Source of the DNA: Felis catus
Lineage: Eukaryota
DNA length: 64,000 nt
Direction of reading: 5' to 3'
Assembly: GCF_018350175.1 (NCBI RefSeq)
Contig: NC_058368.1
Location: forward strand, 143,098,001-143,162,000
The notes under the pieces are model-generated. The model was not told where the DNA came from, searched no databases, and worked only from the letters and a program-made list of their open reading frames with translations. The position numbers and the translations under genes were made by a program. Below are positions 13,198 through 25,390 of the stretch, in pieces; the stretch's first letter is position 1; each line of letters starts with the position of its first letter.

Positions 13198-13509
13198 GTA
13201 AGTTAGAAACACATTTTTAATCTGTTGAGTAAAGTGAGTCATAATCAAAGGCCCTTTTATTTCATAGGACCCAACAAAGCTTAAAACATTATTTTGGGCA
13301 TTATTTGATTGCAAATAGGTTTCAAAGTCACGGCCTGGCAGACTTCTACCAACCCACATCAACAAATGAGCCTAGACACAAATGTGTACCTTCTTGAGCT
13401 CTTAGGGATGTTTTAAAAATTATATATTCTGAGGTAGTACTTAATCTAACTGGTAATAATAGTAAGTGGCTCCTTTTGTGTTAAGAAGAAAATCTGACTT
13501 CATTTTTAT

Positions 13510-13951
13510 CATTTTTTAAATGTATTTTTGAGAGAGTGCACATGTGAACATGCAGGGGAGGGACAGAGAGAAAGGGAAAGAGAAAATCCCAAGCGAGCTC
13601 TTTGCTGTGAACATAGAGCCTAATGCAGGGCTCAGTGTCACCAACCATAAGATCATGACTTGAGTCAAAATCAAGACTTGGATGCTTTTTTTTTTTTTAA
13701 TTTTTTTAATGCTTATTTATTTTTGAGAGAGAGATTGATAGAATATGAGCGGGGGAGGGGCAGAAAGAGAGGGAGACACAGAATCCGAAGCAGGCTCCAG
13801 GCTCTGAGCCGTCAGCACAGAGCCTAACACGGGGCTCGAACTCACGAACTGTGAGATCGTGACCTGAGCTGAAGTCGGACGCTCAACCAACTGAGCCACC
13901 CAGGCACCCCAAGAGTTGGATGCTTAACCAACTGAATCACCCAGGTGCCCC
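13510..13951 (-). mobile_element. Can-SINE nested inside an older Can-SINE
   Basis: Inner copy ~13688-13910 flanked by caaga(c/g)ttggatgctt. Outer body resumes after it. Confidence 0.9.
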
Positions 13952-14360
13952 AAAAATCTGATTTTAAACCTAGGAAATACAAGCACAGTATTCACAGAAA
14001 AAGTAAGACAGTTGGGAAGGGCTGTCAATACTAAGATGGCTTTGGCAGGACCATGCAACATTTGGTTACATATTTATTGAGGCCTTGATACACTCATTGT
14101 ATAAAAAAGGAAAAAAAACAAGGAAAGATAGGGAGTAATATAGACAATTTATTGTGTGTCCGATATGCCTTAATAAAGCTCTTTTTGAAAAGAACAGAGA
14201 ATAATCCCTGTCTGTAGCTTTCATTGGGAGAACATTATATAAAACAATTTGCATATTACATTTTAATCTGAGAGACCATTTAGTAAAATATTTCTTACCA
14301 TAACTGGAGAATTTCATATGTAAAACAACTAAATGGTAAAACAGAACAATCATCGTAGTA

Positions 14361-14498
14361 GGGGCACCTGGCTGGCTCCGTCGGTAGAGCATGTCACTCT
14401 TGATCTCAGTGTTGTGCTTTTGAGCCCCACATCAGGGGTAGAGTTTACTTAAAAAACAGACAAACAAAAACAAAATAAAATCTCTTAAAAAAAAAAAA
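14361..14498 (+). mobile_element. Short tRNA-like Can-SINE
   Basis: ggggcacctggctggctcc... plus an A-rich tail. Confidence 0.82.
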
Positions 14499-14699
14499 CA
14501 TACTGGATCAAAACTTAGTTCTTTAAAATTACATTTGCAACTCAAATTGCTCTCTGAATTTAGATTGTGCTGGTGCCTTTGGGAGTCTCAGCTATGAAAT
14601 TCCTAAAGACTACCTCCCAGCTCCCAGTCTGCTTAGGTGTCTTAAGGGGAAATTATGAAAATACTAATTTCGAAGTTGAGTCTGGCTTTTTTCCTTTAG

Positions 14700-14897
14700 G
14701 TTTTATTTTTGAGAGAGAGAGAGAGAGAGAGAGCGGGGGAGGGGCAGAGAGAGAGGAAGACACAGAATTCGAAGCAGGCTCCATGTTCTGAACTGTCAGC
14801 ACAGAGCCCGACTTGGGACTCTGACTCAGGAACTGTGACATCATGACCTGAATCGAAGTTGGAGGCTTAACGGACTGAGCCATCCAGGAGTGCCCCG
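14700..14897 (-). mobile_element. Can-SINE
   Basis: SINE consensus. Confidence 0.88.
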
Positions 14898-14930
<33 letters not shown>

Positions 14931-15091
14931 AAGTACAATTGGTATTTCATGTGTTTTTGGCACACCTGTCCATGGTTCATGGTTCATTTTGTTTTCAGTG
15001 TCCTTGGCTATCACAGTCCTAAAGTCTAGAGGTTATCAGTTTGACTCTAATTGTGATCCTAACTGTAATTCTTCTCTTTCATTTTATAAAG

Positions 15092-15399
15092 TGAGCTCAC
15101 CCATGGATGAGGTGCTAGCTTCCTTGAAGCGTGGTAGTTTTCATCTGAAAAAGGTTGAACAGCGAACTCTGCCTCCTTTTCCTGATGAAGATGATAGTAA
15201 TAATATCTTGGCACAAATACGGAAAGGGGTGAAATTGAAGAAGGTACAGAAGGAAGTTTTGAGAGAATCCTTCACACTTTTGCCTGACACAGATCCTCTA
15301 ACACGGAGCATCCACGAAGCTCTTAGAAGAATCAAAGAAGCGTCCCCTGAGTCAGAGGATGAAGAGGAGGCTTTACCCTGCACAGATTGGGAAAACTAA
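15092..15399 (+). CDS. JMY: JMY last coding exon: WH2b (SFHLKKV), WH2c (GVKLKKV), central helix, acidic tail ...EEEALPCTDWEN*
   Basis: Acceptor ttttataaag|TG (G+TG = Val), stop TAA at 15397-15399. Tandem WH2 LKKV motifs and an acidic end with subterminal Trp are typical of Arp2/3 activators. Confidence 0.96.
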
Positions 15400-15758
15400 C
15401 AAGTAAATGGTCTTAATTTCTTTAGTAGCATTCACTAAGAGTGGATGATGAGGTCTGTTATATTTTATTGATGAGGTTTATTGTTATATAGCTCAGCTAT
15501 TGAATCAACCATAGATCTGTAAACTTCAGGTTTTGTGTAGTTTCTAGAAACCTAACAAACAGTAAAGCACTTTTCAAAGATATTGTTATATAAATGCCAG
15601 GTTTATACCTGCCCATTAAAAATTTCTACAGTATAGCCCAAATAAAGAGGATAGACTGATTCCAGTAAGGTGGCAGTCTTATTCTTACTTTAAAACCCAA
15701 AAGCTCTTTCCTCACCAAAGTATTTCAGGTACAAACTGTTATATATATTGAATTTTGA

Positions 15759-15977
15759 TTTTTTTTTTTTTTAATGTTCATTTTGAGAGAGGGAGGAAGA
15801 GGGAGGAAGAGGGAATGAGTGGGGGAGGGGCAGAGAGAGGAAGAGACACAGAATCTGAAGGAGGCTCTAGGCTCTGAGCTGTCATCAAGGAGCCCTATGT
15901 GGGGCTCAGACTCAGGAACTGTGAGATCATGATCTGAGTCAAAGTAGGACCCCAACCAACTGATCCACTCAGGTGCT
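15759..15977 (-). mobile_element. Can-SINE
   Basis: SINE consensus. Confidence 0.88.
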
Positions 15978-17807
15978 TGCTCCCTTGAATTGTGATATCT
16001 GCTCAGCTGCCCAGAAAGGAATTGTCTGAGATCAATCCAGAAAAATTACTGCATTGTTTGGTTATTTAGCTTTCTAAGCCTTTAAAATTAAGGTTAAAAT
16101 TATCATTTTAAGGTTTATCATAGTTACTGCATAATCCAGATAAAATTGCAGCTAAGATAACAAACATGTAATAAGTGTATGCATACCTTACTGGGTATGC
16201 CCATGGTATTGGTTACACATTGGACATTTTCCTAAAGTAATAGAGTTGTTACTCTACCACATTTTAGGAAGCTAATTACATAGTACTGTGGCACAAATTC
16301 TGCTAAATATAGAGTCAGTAAAGATAACATGCTATACATAGTATATAGAGAACTGATATTAGTCATAACTGAAATTATATAATTTGTGCAAACCGTAATG
16401 CAACTATGCGGATATATTCTATTAAGCATCTTAATTGCTCTCTTGATGGACTGTTTCTCTGGGCTTCACAATATTCACCAAACTGGGGAAGACTCATAGT
16501 TCTGGAAGGGGAATAGATAAAGGAATAATAAACTTACTTATTAGCCAGTGCTTTTTAAGCATGCCTGATGGTAAGAATTCCCTGAGAGATTATTAAAAAT
16601 GCAGATTCCTGGCTTTCACTCCCATGAATTCTGAGTAGATCTGAGGTATATGCAGGCGTACATGTGGATTTTGAAAACTCCATACAGAAAAGGTAAAGTA
16701 TGTCATTAATTTTTTTATACTGATTACATGCTAAAAGATAGTTTTGGATATATCAAATAAAATACTACTAAAAGCAGTTTTACTTGTTCCTTTTGGGCAT
16801 GGGGCCATCAGGAAAATTTAGATGTTCCTATATTATACTCTCATCTGTACCACTTCCCTTCAGCATCTACTGTCAGTAGCTTTAACAAAATGGGGGTGAA
16901 AAATCTCAATAAGTGGTTATGCTCCAGACAACATTTGATAGTACCAGTGTTATGCCATGGGTATTGGGCTGTTGGTATCTTTTTCCCCCTGTTATTTATA
17001 GAGGCCCTAATGATCATGTTGTATGATTCAGTGTTTTTGAATCCCAAAATAATTTCAAACCATTTGTGCTTAACATATGTACACTATGCTTTGTAGAAGA
17101 TAGCAAATATATTATTGTGTATACTCAGTGCTAGAGACTCAGGGTGTCTGACTGGGAATCTTTTTCAATCTTGTAGATGGTCTCCCACTTTACAGGGCTT
17201 GTTACCTGTAGTCTTGTCTCCTGCTTGAAGTTTCTCTGAGCTGCTAAGCCTATGCCTAAAACTACCATCTTAGCACAGATTGGGCCTTCATATAAGCGAG
17301 TATTTAGTCCTTTTGATACAGCTGCCCACAGTAGCCCAGTTGGGGTATGTGGCCCACCTGCTGTTGCTCAGGCCAGCCCATCATTTCTGTTTTCTGCCAT
17401 CTCACCGGATCCTGCCCAAGACATAGACATTGCAGCAGCATTTTGTATGTTCAAGTGCCTCCATGGTTATTTATAGCTATGGGCTGCTAATTTACCCTTA
17501 CAGCAGATGTTAAGAATATGCCCAGGATGAGTATCACTTTGAAAGTTGCCTAAAAACTCTCTTTTTTTGGCTAATTATTTATGACTGTTGTATGTGTTGT
17601 TAGAATGTTGAGAGAAACAATGAAATGGTCCCAGAAAATGTATGAGCTTAGATATCTGCAAAGTCACTTAAAAACAAAACAAAACAAAAAACAATGCATC
17701 CTACACCAGAAGCAAACCATAGACTAGTTGTGATCCCCACCAATTTGAGCAGGCAGTGATAAAGGAGCTATCCTCACTGACTTGTCTTGTGGTCTTGGGA
17801 AATCATT

Positions 17808-18037
17808 AAAAAAAAAAAAAAATTTTTTTTTTTTAATGTTTGTTTATTTTTGAGAGGGGGACAGACAGAGGCCAAGCAAGAGAGGGGCAGAGAGAGGAGG
17901 AGACACCGAATCTGAAGCAGGCTCCAGGATCTGAGCTGTCAGCACAGAGCCCAATGTGGGCTTTGAACCTACGAACTGTGAGATCATGGCCTAAGCCGGA
18001 GTCAGACACTTAACCAACTGACCCACTCAGGTGCCCC
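17808..18037 (-). mobile_element. Can-SINE
   Basis: TSD ttgggaaatcatt on both sides. Confidence 0.9.
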
Positions 18038-18144
18038 TTGGGAAATCATTTTTAAAGACTGAACTTTTAGATGGCTTCTCTACAGATGGCTAAACAAGCT
18101 ATAATTTGTATTTCCTATTAGTCAGTTTTTTGTAGATTTAAATA

Positions 18145-18340
18145 TTTTTTTTGTTTTTCAGAGAGAGAGAGAGCAGGGGGGAGGGGCAGAGGGAGAGGGA
18201 GATTGAGAATCAATCCTGAGCAGGCTCCACACTGCCAACGCAGAGCCCAGCGGCAGGGCTAGAACTCATGAACTGTAAGATTATGATCTGAGCTGAAATC
18301 AAGAGTTGCACACTTAACTGGTCAAGTCACCCAGGCACCC
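18145..18340 (-). mobile_element. Can-SINE
   Basis: SINE consensus. Confidence 0.85.
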
Positions 18341-18388
18341 TTAGTTTAAGATTTTAAACCATTAGCTCTTCAAAGAAGATAATTTCTC

Positions 18389-18622
18389 GGGGTCCCTGGG
18401 TAGCTCAGTTGCTTGAGTGTCCCAACTTCAGCGCAGGTCATGATCTCACATACATGGGTTCAAGCCCCGCGTCGGACTCTGTGCTGACAGCTTGGAGCCT
18501 GGAGCCTGCTTCAGATTCTGTGTCTCTCTCTCTCTCCCCTGCTCACACTCTGTCTCTTGTTAAATAAATAAATAAATAAAATAAATAAAATAAATAAAAT
18601 ATAAAAAATAAAATATAAAATA
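18389..18622 (+). mobile_element. Can-SINE with a (TAAA)n tail
   Basis: SINE consensus. Flanking ataatttctc repeat. Confidence 0.88.
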
Positions 18623-18869
18623 ATATAATTTCTCAAAACTTCATGAAGTAGAAAGTGAAGATATCCTGTTCTGCTTTGTCTTTCTTGAAAACTCTTCTTG
18701 GGATAGCCATAGGTAATAGTGTCCTTGAAGGAAATTTCTAAATGGAATGAAATACATATATAAGCTTTTTATTTTCTATTTTGTTTTCTGTGGGTTCCTT
18801 CATAAAGTTATGAAGTAACTATGACAATACTGTCTGTTAGAAATACAGTTTGAGGGATGGATGGAATTT

Positions 18870-19255
18870 AAACAGTTCAAGTCACATTAAAAAGGTAAAA
18901 AGAAACATGTGAAATTGATTTCATTAATACTTATTTTATATGATGTATCCAAAATCGTATGTTTCAACATTTTATCGCAATAAGAAATTCACGAGGTATT
19001 TCACATTTGTTTTGTACCTGGGTCTTCAAAATCCAGTGTGTATTTTAACTAGTAGCACATCTCAGTGTTGATGCTAAGTATTCAGTGGTTAAATGTGAAA
19101 TGTCTTACCAAAACAATAAAATTATATTTAATGAACAAATATTCTATGCTGCTTCAGATTTCAATTTAAATCACATTAAAAATCCATTTTCTCAGACTAG
19201 CCACATTTCAAGTGCTCAAAAGCCACATGTAGCTATAGCATTAAACAATGTAGAA
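18870..19255. mobile_element. hAT-Charlie-type DNA transposon remnant (MER33/MER3-like)
   Basis: Diagnostic text cacattaaaaaggtaaaaagaaac... and gactagccacatttcaagtgctcaaaagccacatgt. Confidence 0.65.
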
Positions 19256-22200
19256 CTAAGAATGCATGTCTGTTTTTATCTGCCAAGTAGGTCTTTCAAA
19301 GAATTATTCCTATGCCATATGTAAGCCATGGATCTCAAACACAACTATTCTGAAACTTAAAAAGCCCTACTACAAGGATCCCTTTAAAGACCAGTACTAA
19401 TCCTATCCTCTAAATAGCAATATAACAAAAACTCACAGTGTAGTGAATTTTTAAAATATCATTTAACAATTCTTACTACACTGGCATTTTGACACCAATA
19501 TTTTAGACTGTTTTTTCCTTTTTACCGTATAGTTTTGACATAAAATGTTAGTAGAAGAAATAAAAGTGAATCTACCCTACAACCTTATGTGATCAAAATC
19601 CATATTCAGATTATTTTGTTTTCATTTTTACTGTTTTATGAATAGAAGTGTATCCTTTTTTTTTTAAGTGTCTCCTGTATGCTGTTTCTACAGATGGGTA
19701 TTTCTAAGCTATTTATCAGTGTTCATCTGGGTGTTACAGAAGTTGTGTGGTAACATATATATACACACTGACCTTAATAAGCCATCATTTTGTAATACAT
19801 TGTATTATTTTTTTTCTAAACAGGTGACTCAACAGAAAGAAAAAATACAGTTGAAGATCAGTTCTTACTGTTTTGGAAAACAAAATTTTAAACATGCGAT
19901 TTCCCAATTGGATTCCATTAGATGCAAAGTGTATTGGCACAGTGGTGTGAAAAAACGGAGGCACAGTTGGCAAGTTATCACTTTTCCAGTCATTCCAGTA
20001 GTTGGTGGTTAACATGAGTTTTAGATGTGCAGTGCTCCTGATGCAGTGAAGAAAAGGCCTTCTGGACATGCCTGGTTTTTTTAAGCACCTTCCCCTCCTG
20101 TCCACCCAGTTACATCCTTGTAGTGGCCAGTAAAGCTAGGGGTTGCTCTGAGTTGGAAGAACACTGGGTTGACAGAGATCTACTGTGAGCTGTATTGAGT
20201 CTGCTTTGAAATCCATCTTTAAGTGCACTGAATAGTCCTCTGCTTGAAAAGACAGCACCTCTTCCATACCAGCTTATATAAATAGTGCAGCACTCTGAAA
20301 AAGAAGTGTATCATGATAGCTATAGGACAGGAATTGGAAAGAATCAGGTGGAAATGCACTGAAAATGTTCACATTTTAAAGATGTTCAACATCTGAAAAG
20401 ATAACATAACCACAGAGATGCATTTAATGTGTTTACCACAACATGATAGATTTACCATGGCATATTTTTAAAAGACCACACACTCTTACACTTTGTAAGG
20501 TTTTGAAGTAAAAATTTCCATGCTTTTAAATAGCTCTTCATAATTGTGAATTTATAATAGTTTGAATTTCATGTGCAACTTTGTGTATGAAAAGCAATAC
20601 TTTGTAACTTGATAATATTTCAAATTATTTTTAGTCTTTTTGTTTGAACGATTGCTTGATTAGTGTAATGCAACATGACTTTCCTATTGAGAATCAAAAA
20701 AGAGGATTCAGTAATAGGGATGCTGATCTTAAATCTTTGTAACGGGCACATTTAAGTTTCTCTTTGTTATGCTCCGCAGTGAAATGTGCTCTACAAATAA
20801 TGCAGAAACTAGACAGGCAGAAAAGCCTTCTGGGCTGGCATTTTACTATCCTCACATGTTTTGAGTGGGATTTTGGGAGAGAGCCTTTGTTACTGTCAGG
20901 AGACTTTTTAAAACATAGGTATAAAGTTCTAGGTGCTGATTTTGCTGTATTGGAGTCCTGAAAGATGCATTTATGTGAAAGGAGCCATTATGAATTCTCA
21001 GCAGGACTGCTGGGGGCTTGACCGAAGGTAGATCTGTTGGACCCAATCTATAGTATTCTGTAGAGTGTAATTCTGTATAAGACACATGTTGGCCTTTATA
21101 TGAAGGGAGTTAAGGACTGAAGAACCAAAAAGAACTTTTATTTTTTCTGAGGCATTTCTCTGGCCTAGACCCAGAAAAGCAGTCCTAGAGTAAAAGTCCT
21201 TGAATGTGTATAAAGTGGTTTTCATGGAGAGAAAAAAAAATGCTCACAGATTTGTCCCTTTAAGATGTTACTTCCTTTAAAATAATTAAGGAGAAAACTT
21301 CCTGCTTACTGATGAGTAGGAGCTTTTGCACAGCATTTTCACGTTTCATATTTTATTCATGTTTTATTCCCACTTCTTATCTTGGAAGATTACATCTGTA
21401 CACGAGATATATATTTTAATGTTCATCTCACAGCGGGGAGGTGTGTGTGGACCCTCCCTTCCTCCCGTTTCCTTCAGTACAGAACTGAAGCATTCTTTTC
21501 AACCAAAGACTGATTGGTTTGATTTTTTTTTTTTTTAAGCAAGTTTGCAAACCTTTAAAAAATCACGTATCAGTTTCAAACCTCTGGATGTTTATGGATC
21601 AGTTCGTTTTTTCATCCGTTGACATTCTGAAAAATACAGAAGAACCTAATATTAAACGTACAGCAAAAGCACTGGGATTTTTCTATGCCAGGAATTGCTC
21701 CCCATTTAGTGTTAGAGCTGGGATTCCATCAAAAGACAGGTTCTCTTAGAAATGGGTCTTGTGACTTGTCTTTCACAGCCATGTTCTAGTAAGTCTCTGG
21801 CAAATACTGGAGGGGTACAGACCCCTGTGAATCCTTTGGAGGTGCATCCATACCTCTGAGCACATCCCACTGTGGCACTCCATGAAGGGCATCTCACTTG
21901 ATGATGAGCAGGTTAAAGTGCGGTCTTGTTAGCAACCAGCTGTGCTTATTCTCTGCTGAGTAACTTTTCCAGTACACGTATCTTCTGTCCTTAAGATTCC
22001 GATTCCTCCTTCCACAGAAGTACAAGTTAGTGCAGATCACCATCCTTTGGAGTTCGTAAATAATGCTAAAATTTCAAATAACTCCAGTCCATTTGTCCAA
22101 GATGACATTACCAGTTGAATCCTCGTGTTAATTTTATTTTCTCCCCCCAACCTGTTAATTTTAAAGAGGTTTTGGAACCCAACAAAATTACGTAAGCATG

Positions 22201-22911
22201 GTTAAATTCCCCTTTTCTCCACCTGCCCTTAAAAAAAAAAATGAGCATTTTTGCGCTTTACATTAAGGTTTTATATATTTAGTTAGGATGACATTTACAG
22301 GTGATCATGTTTCAAGTACTGGACTTGCCTATACTATTTATATGGTTTAAAATATTTGATAGTTTTATCTCAGTGTATCATTTGTCATAAGAATACACAA
22401 ACAGCTGCTTGCTTATGCCGAATCAGTTTAGGAGTTGATTTATGAGTCTAGTCTCAACTGCAGTATATTTTAAGTGGGGAAACAAATAGATAACTTGGGG
22501 GTATTGTAAGGCTAATGTTACTGCCCACTTGAGTGCCACTTAATACTCAAACTGTTGTGTATATAACCAATGTGGCACACAGAAAACGTATTCCTACCCA
22601 TCTCCAATATGGGGGGTACTGTGGGGTAGCAGTATGACAAAAGGCCTGGCTAAAGAGGATTTTTAAAAGATGAGCAGTTGTCTTGTTTGCTGTATGTTTT
22701 ATAGGTTTTGAGTTGGTGAGTAGTATTGAAAACAATCATTCCCTAGTTCTTCATTGCAGAACTGAAAGATTTCTTCATGTGTATTTTTAAAACAACTAGG
22801 CACAGCTCTAAGAGTGGATCAGGTGTAGGATTTCCACAGCGGGAATGTGGGTTTTTTCTCATTATGTGAAACCATAGAAAATCTTCAGCACTTTCATTTA
22901 CTCTGTATAAT

Positions 22912-22931
22912 GGGGGGGGGGGGGGGGGGGG
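22912..22931 (+). repeat. G20 homopolymer
   Basis: Read directly. Confidence 0.95.
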
Positions 22932-23888
22932 AAATCCTTGTTTCTACGAAGCTGAACTGTGTACCAATATTAGGTAACATGGCACGACCACTTTGCGATA
23001 AAAGAGTGTTAAATTGTAAAGCATACTTAGATCATAGCAGGCACCAAGAATTAAACTCCTATATCAGTGGAACAAAAATGAACAGGCAGCATCCTCTGTT
23101 TGGAATGGGACCAGGATACAATTAACACAATTTTATACATTCCCTAAGATGCCATTTTTTAATTGCATTCATTGAGTTTGTGTATAAATGTGAATCCGTG
23201 CTTTTAGCCTAAGGAAAGTTTTTCTTTCACTAAGTACAGGTTAAAAAAAAAAAAAAAAAAAACGTATACGTATCATGAGATAGCAATCTGTAAAGCACTA
23301 ATGGGTCCATGACGGCCTTATCAGGGAGTTGAAATTTCATATGCTTTACCAGGTTTATTTTAAGAAATCTTCTTGAACAGCTGTAAAACATTTAAAAATC
23401 GTGGCAGATGCATTGTTAACATGCAACCATTTGATAAAGAGAACAGAAACCCTAATAAGTTGTCCCTAACTCTTGCACTGAATTTAAATGATAATGTAAA
23501 GTTAAATGTGCATTATAAACAGATTTTATTTCACCTTTATTGCTTAGAAGAGCTATGCTTAGTGCTAGAGGATGGGCCAGCACGATTGATTTCAGAGGGA
23601 AGAGGTAAAAAAAAGTAGAAGCACCTTACTGTTGGAGCGTGTTGCATTGATTTAGTGCTGCTGAACAATTCAGTAGTTACTTCTGAACTTTGCTACAAAG
23701 TGCTCTTTAGTTAAAGCACATGAGGAGGAACCTCTGCTTAAATTGCTTTGTAAAATAAAGCAATGGTATTTTTTATCCTATAAATCTAATTTAAAAGCTT
23801 TTCTTAAAAAATGAGTTTATATTGCTGCCTAAACTATCATGTATGTAAACAGAGGTTTTTTTTTTTACGGTGAGAGGGAATTTGGAGA

Positions 23889-23890
23889 GT

Positions 23891-23932
<42 letters not shown>
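23889..23932. repeat. (GT)n(GA)n microsatellite in the JMY 3' UTR
   Basis: Read directly. Confidence 0.95.
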
Positions 23933-25180
23933 AATGTTTGCCCATTGGGTTATTTTGAAGATGTGTTCATTCTAAAATGTTTTGCCCACAGTAAATGTAC
24001 AGCTTGGTATTTGAGGAATTTAATTGAGAATCCAAATTTCTAAATGTTTCTCCCCTTCCCTCTATAATTATGCCACTAAGGTGCATGTACAGAAAATACC
24101 TCTGAGGTTGACATGTTAAATATTGTATCAATGCTCTTTCACACTGAATCTCAAAGCAGTCATTTGTTTTGAGAGGTAAGGGAAAGTTTTTCTGTTTTTT
24201 TGTTTTGTTTTGTTTTTTTAAAGTCGGTTATAAGAGTGCCTCAATTTGGGGGAATTAAGGGTGGATAGGAAAGGCTGTGCAAAGTGATTTTTAGATGTAT
24301 AAAGAAAGGTATGGGTGTTGGTTATAGGGCTGAATTTTAACAAGGGAAGTTTGGGTTTTGTTTTTTTTTTTAACTTGCATGTTCTATGGTTAACTATCAA
24401 AGAGTGTAACAAGTTATAGCTTTTCCCAATACTAATTACATTGGTTTTAAGAAGTCTTCATGATCACAAGATGGCATTTTCCCTTCAATTGTGAACCAAG
24501 AGGGGTAGACGATACAACCCAGACAGTGACTTCTGACTTCTTCGACTCGGACAGAATCAACACTGTCTCATTGAGTTTCTTACTGTACTGTATGTCTTGC
24601 CAAGTGTGAAACCATAATATATATATTGTTTGTGAAAATTCGAAGGCTACAGATCATTTTGCATGATGAAAGCCCATAAGGGCTAATGAAACTGACATGT
24701 TTTTTAGCCTTTCTGGTTCAATGAAAATTACAATGGCAGACCAATTCACTATTTACTAGCTTTGTGCAATATTATAATGGTAGAAGCAAAACACTAGCAC
24801 ATTGTGCTTGGCTTTTAAAGATGGCTTTAACACCGTACATTAGATGGAAGTATGCACAGTGTATTGTAAATGCCACTCTTGCAAATTTACAATACTTATA
24901 TGCTCCATTAATAATATTTTAAAGTATTAAAAGTACAAAGAAAAAACTAAGCAGGCATTTATAGCAATACTCTGAAATCTCCAATAATTGTTTTGACTGT
25001 TGCCTTTTGCTCTTTAGTGCAACTTTTCTGCATTGTAATTACTGCTTTGTATTTCCTGTTTTTTACACTTACGACTTCAGAGTTAAGTACTTGTACAGCA
25101 AGTATTGCAGTCACCTTCTCTTGTACATGCAATGTAACAACATACAGTTTTGGTGCTTAACAATATTCCTCTTTTTCTTT

Positions 25181-25186
25181 AATAAA
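25181..25186 (+). terminator. JMY distal poly(A) signal AATAAA
   Basis: Several TGTA motifs upstream and ttttgtttgttt downstream (~25210-25220). SINEs resume at 25236. Confidence 0.75.
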
Positions 25187-25235
25187 AGATATTTATTGAG
25201 TTAACTTCATTTTGTTTGTTTAAAACAACATTGGT

Positions 25236-25390
25236 GGGGCGCCCGGGTGGCTCTGTCAGTTGAGCGCCTGACTCTTGATTTTGGTGCAGGTCATGATCTT
25301 ACCATCTGTGGGTTCAAGCCCTCCTCCCCAGTGCAGAGCTGACTTGGGATTCTCTCTCCCTCTCTCAAAATAAACTTAAAAAGAAAAAAA
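25236..25390 (+). mobile_element. Can-SINE
   Basis: ggggcgcccgggtggctc... Flanking cattggt repeat. Confidence 0.88.

Larger units (their letters stand above)
19824..25205 (+). other. JMY: Probable JMY terminal non-coding exon (long 3' UTR)
   Basis: Donor-like CAA|gtaaat at 15402/15403 and acceptor tttttttctaaacag| at 19823. ~5.4 kb with no recognisable SINE or LINE, whereas both flanks are SINE-dense. Ends at AATAAA with a U/GU-rich downstream tract. Confidence 0.75.

Noticed and set aside
14890..15091. N-terminal extension of the 169-aa ORF
   Set aside because: Intronic (SINE end and T-run). The true exon starts at the acceptor at 15092.
19655..19700. Other AG acceptors (19667, 19693) for the JMY last exon
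   Set aside because: Cannot be excluded, but 19823 was preferred for its uninterrupted T-tract plus CAG. RNA data are needed.
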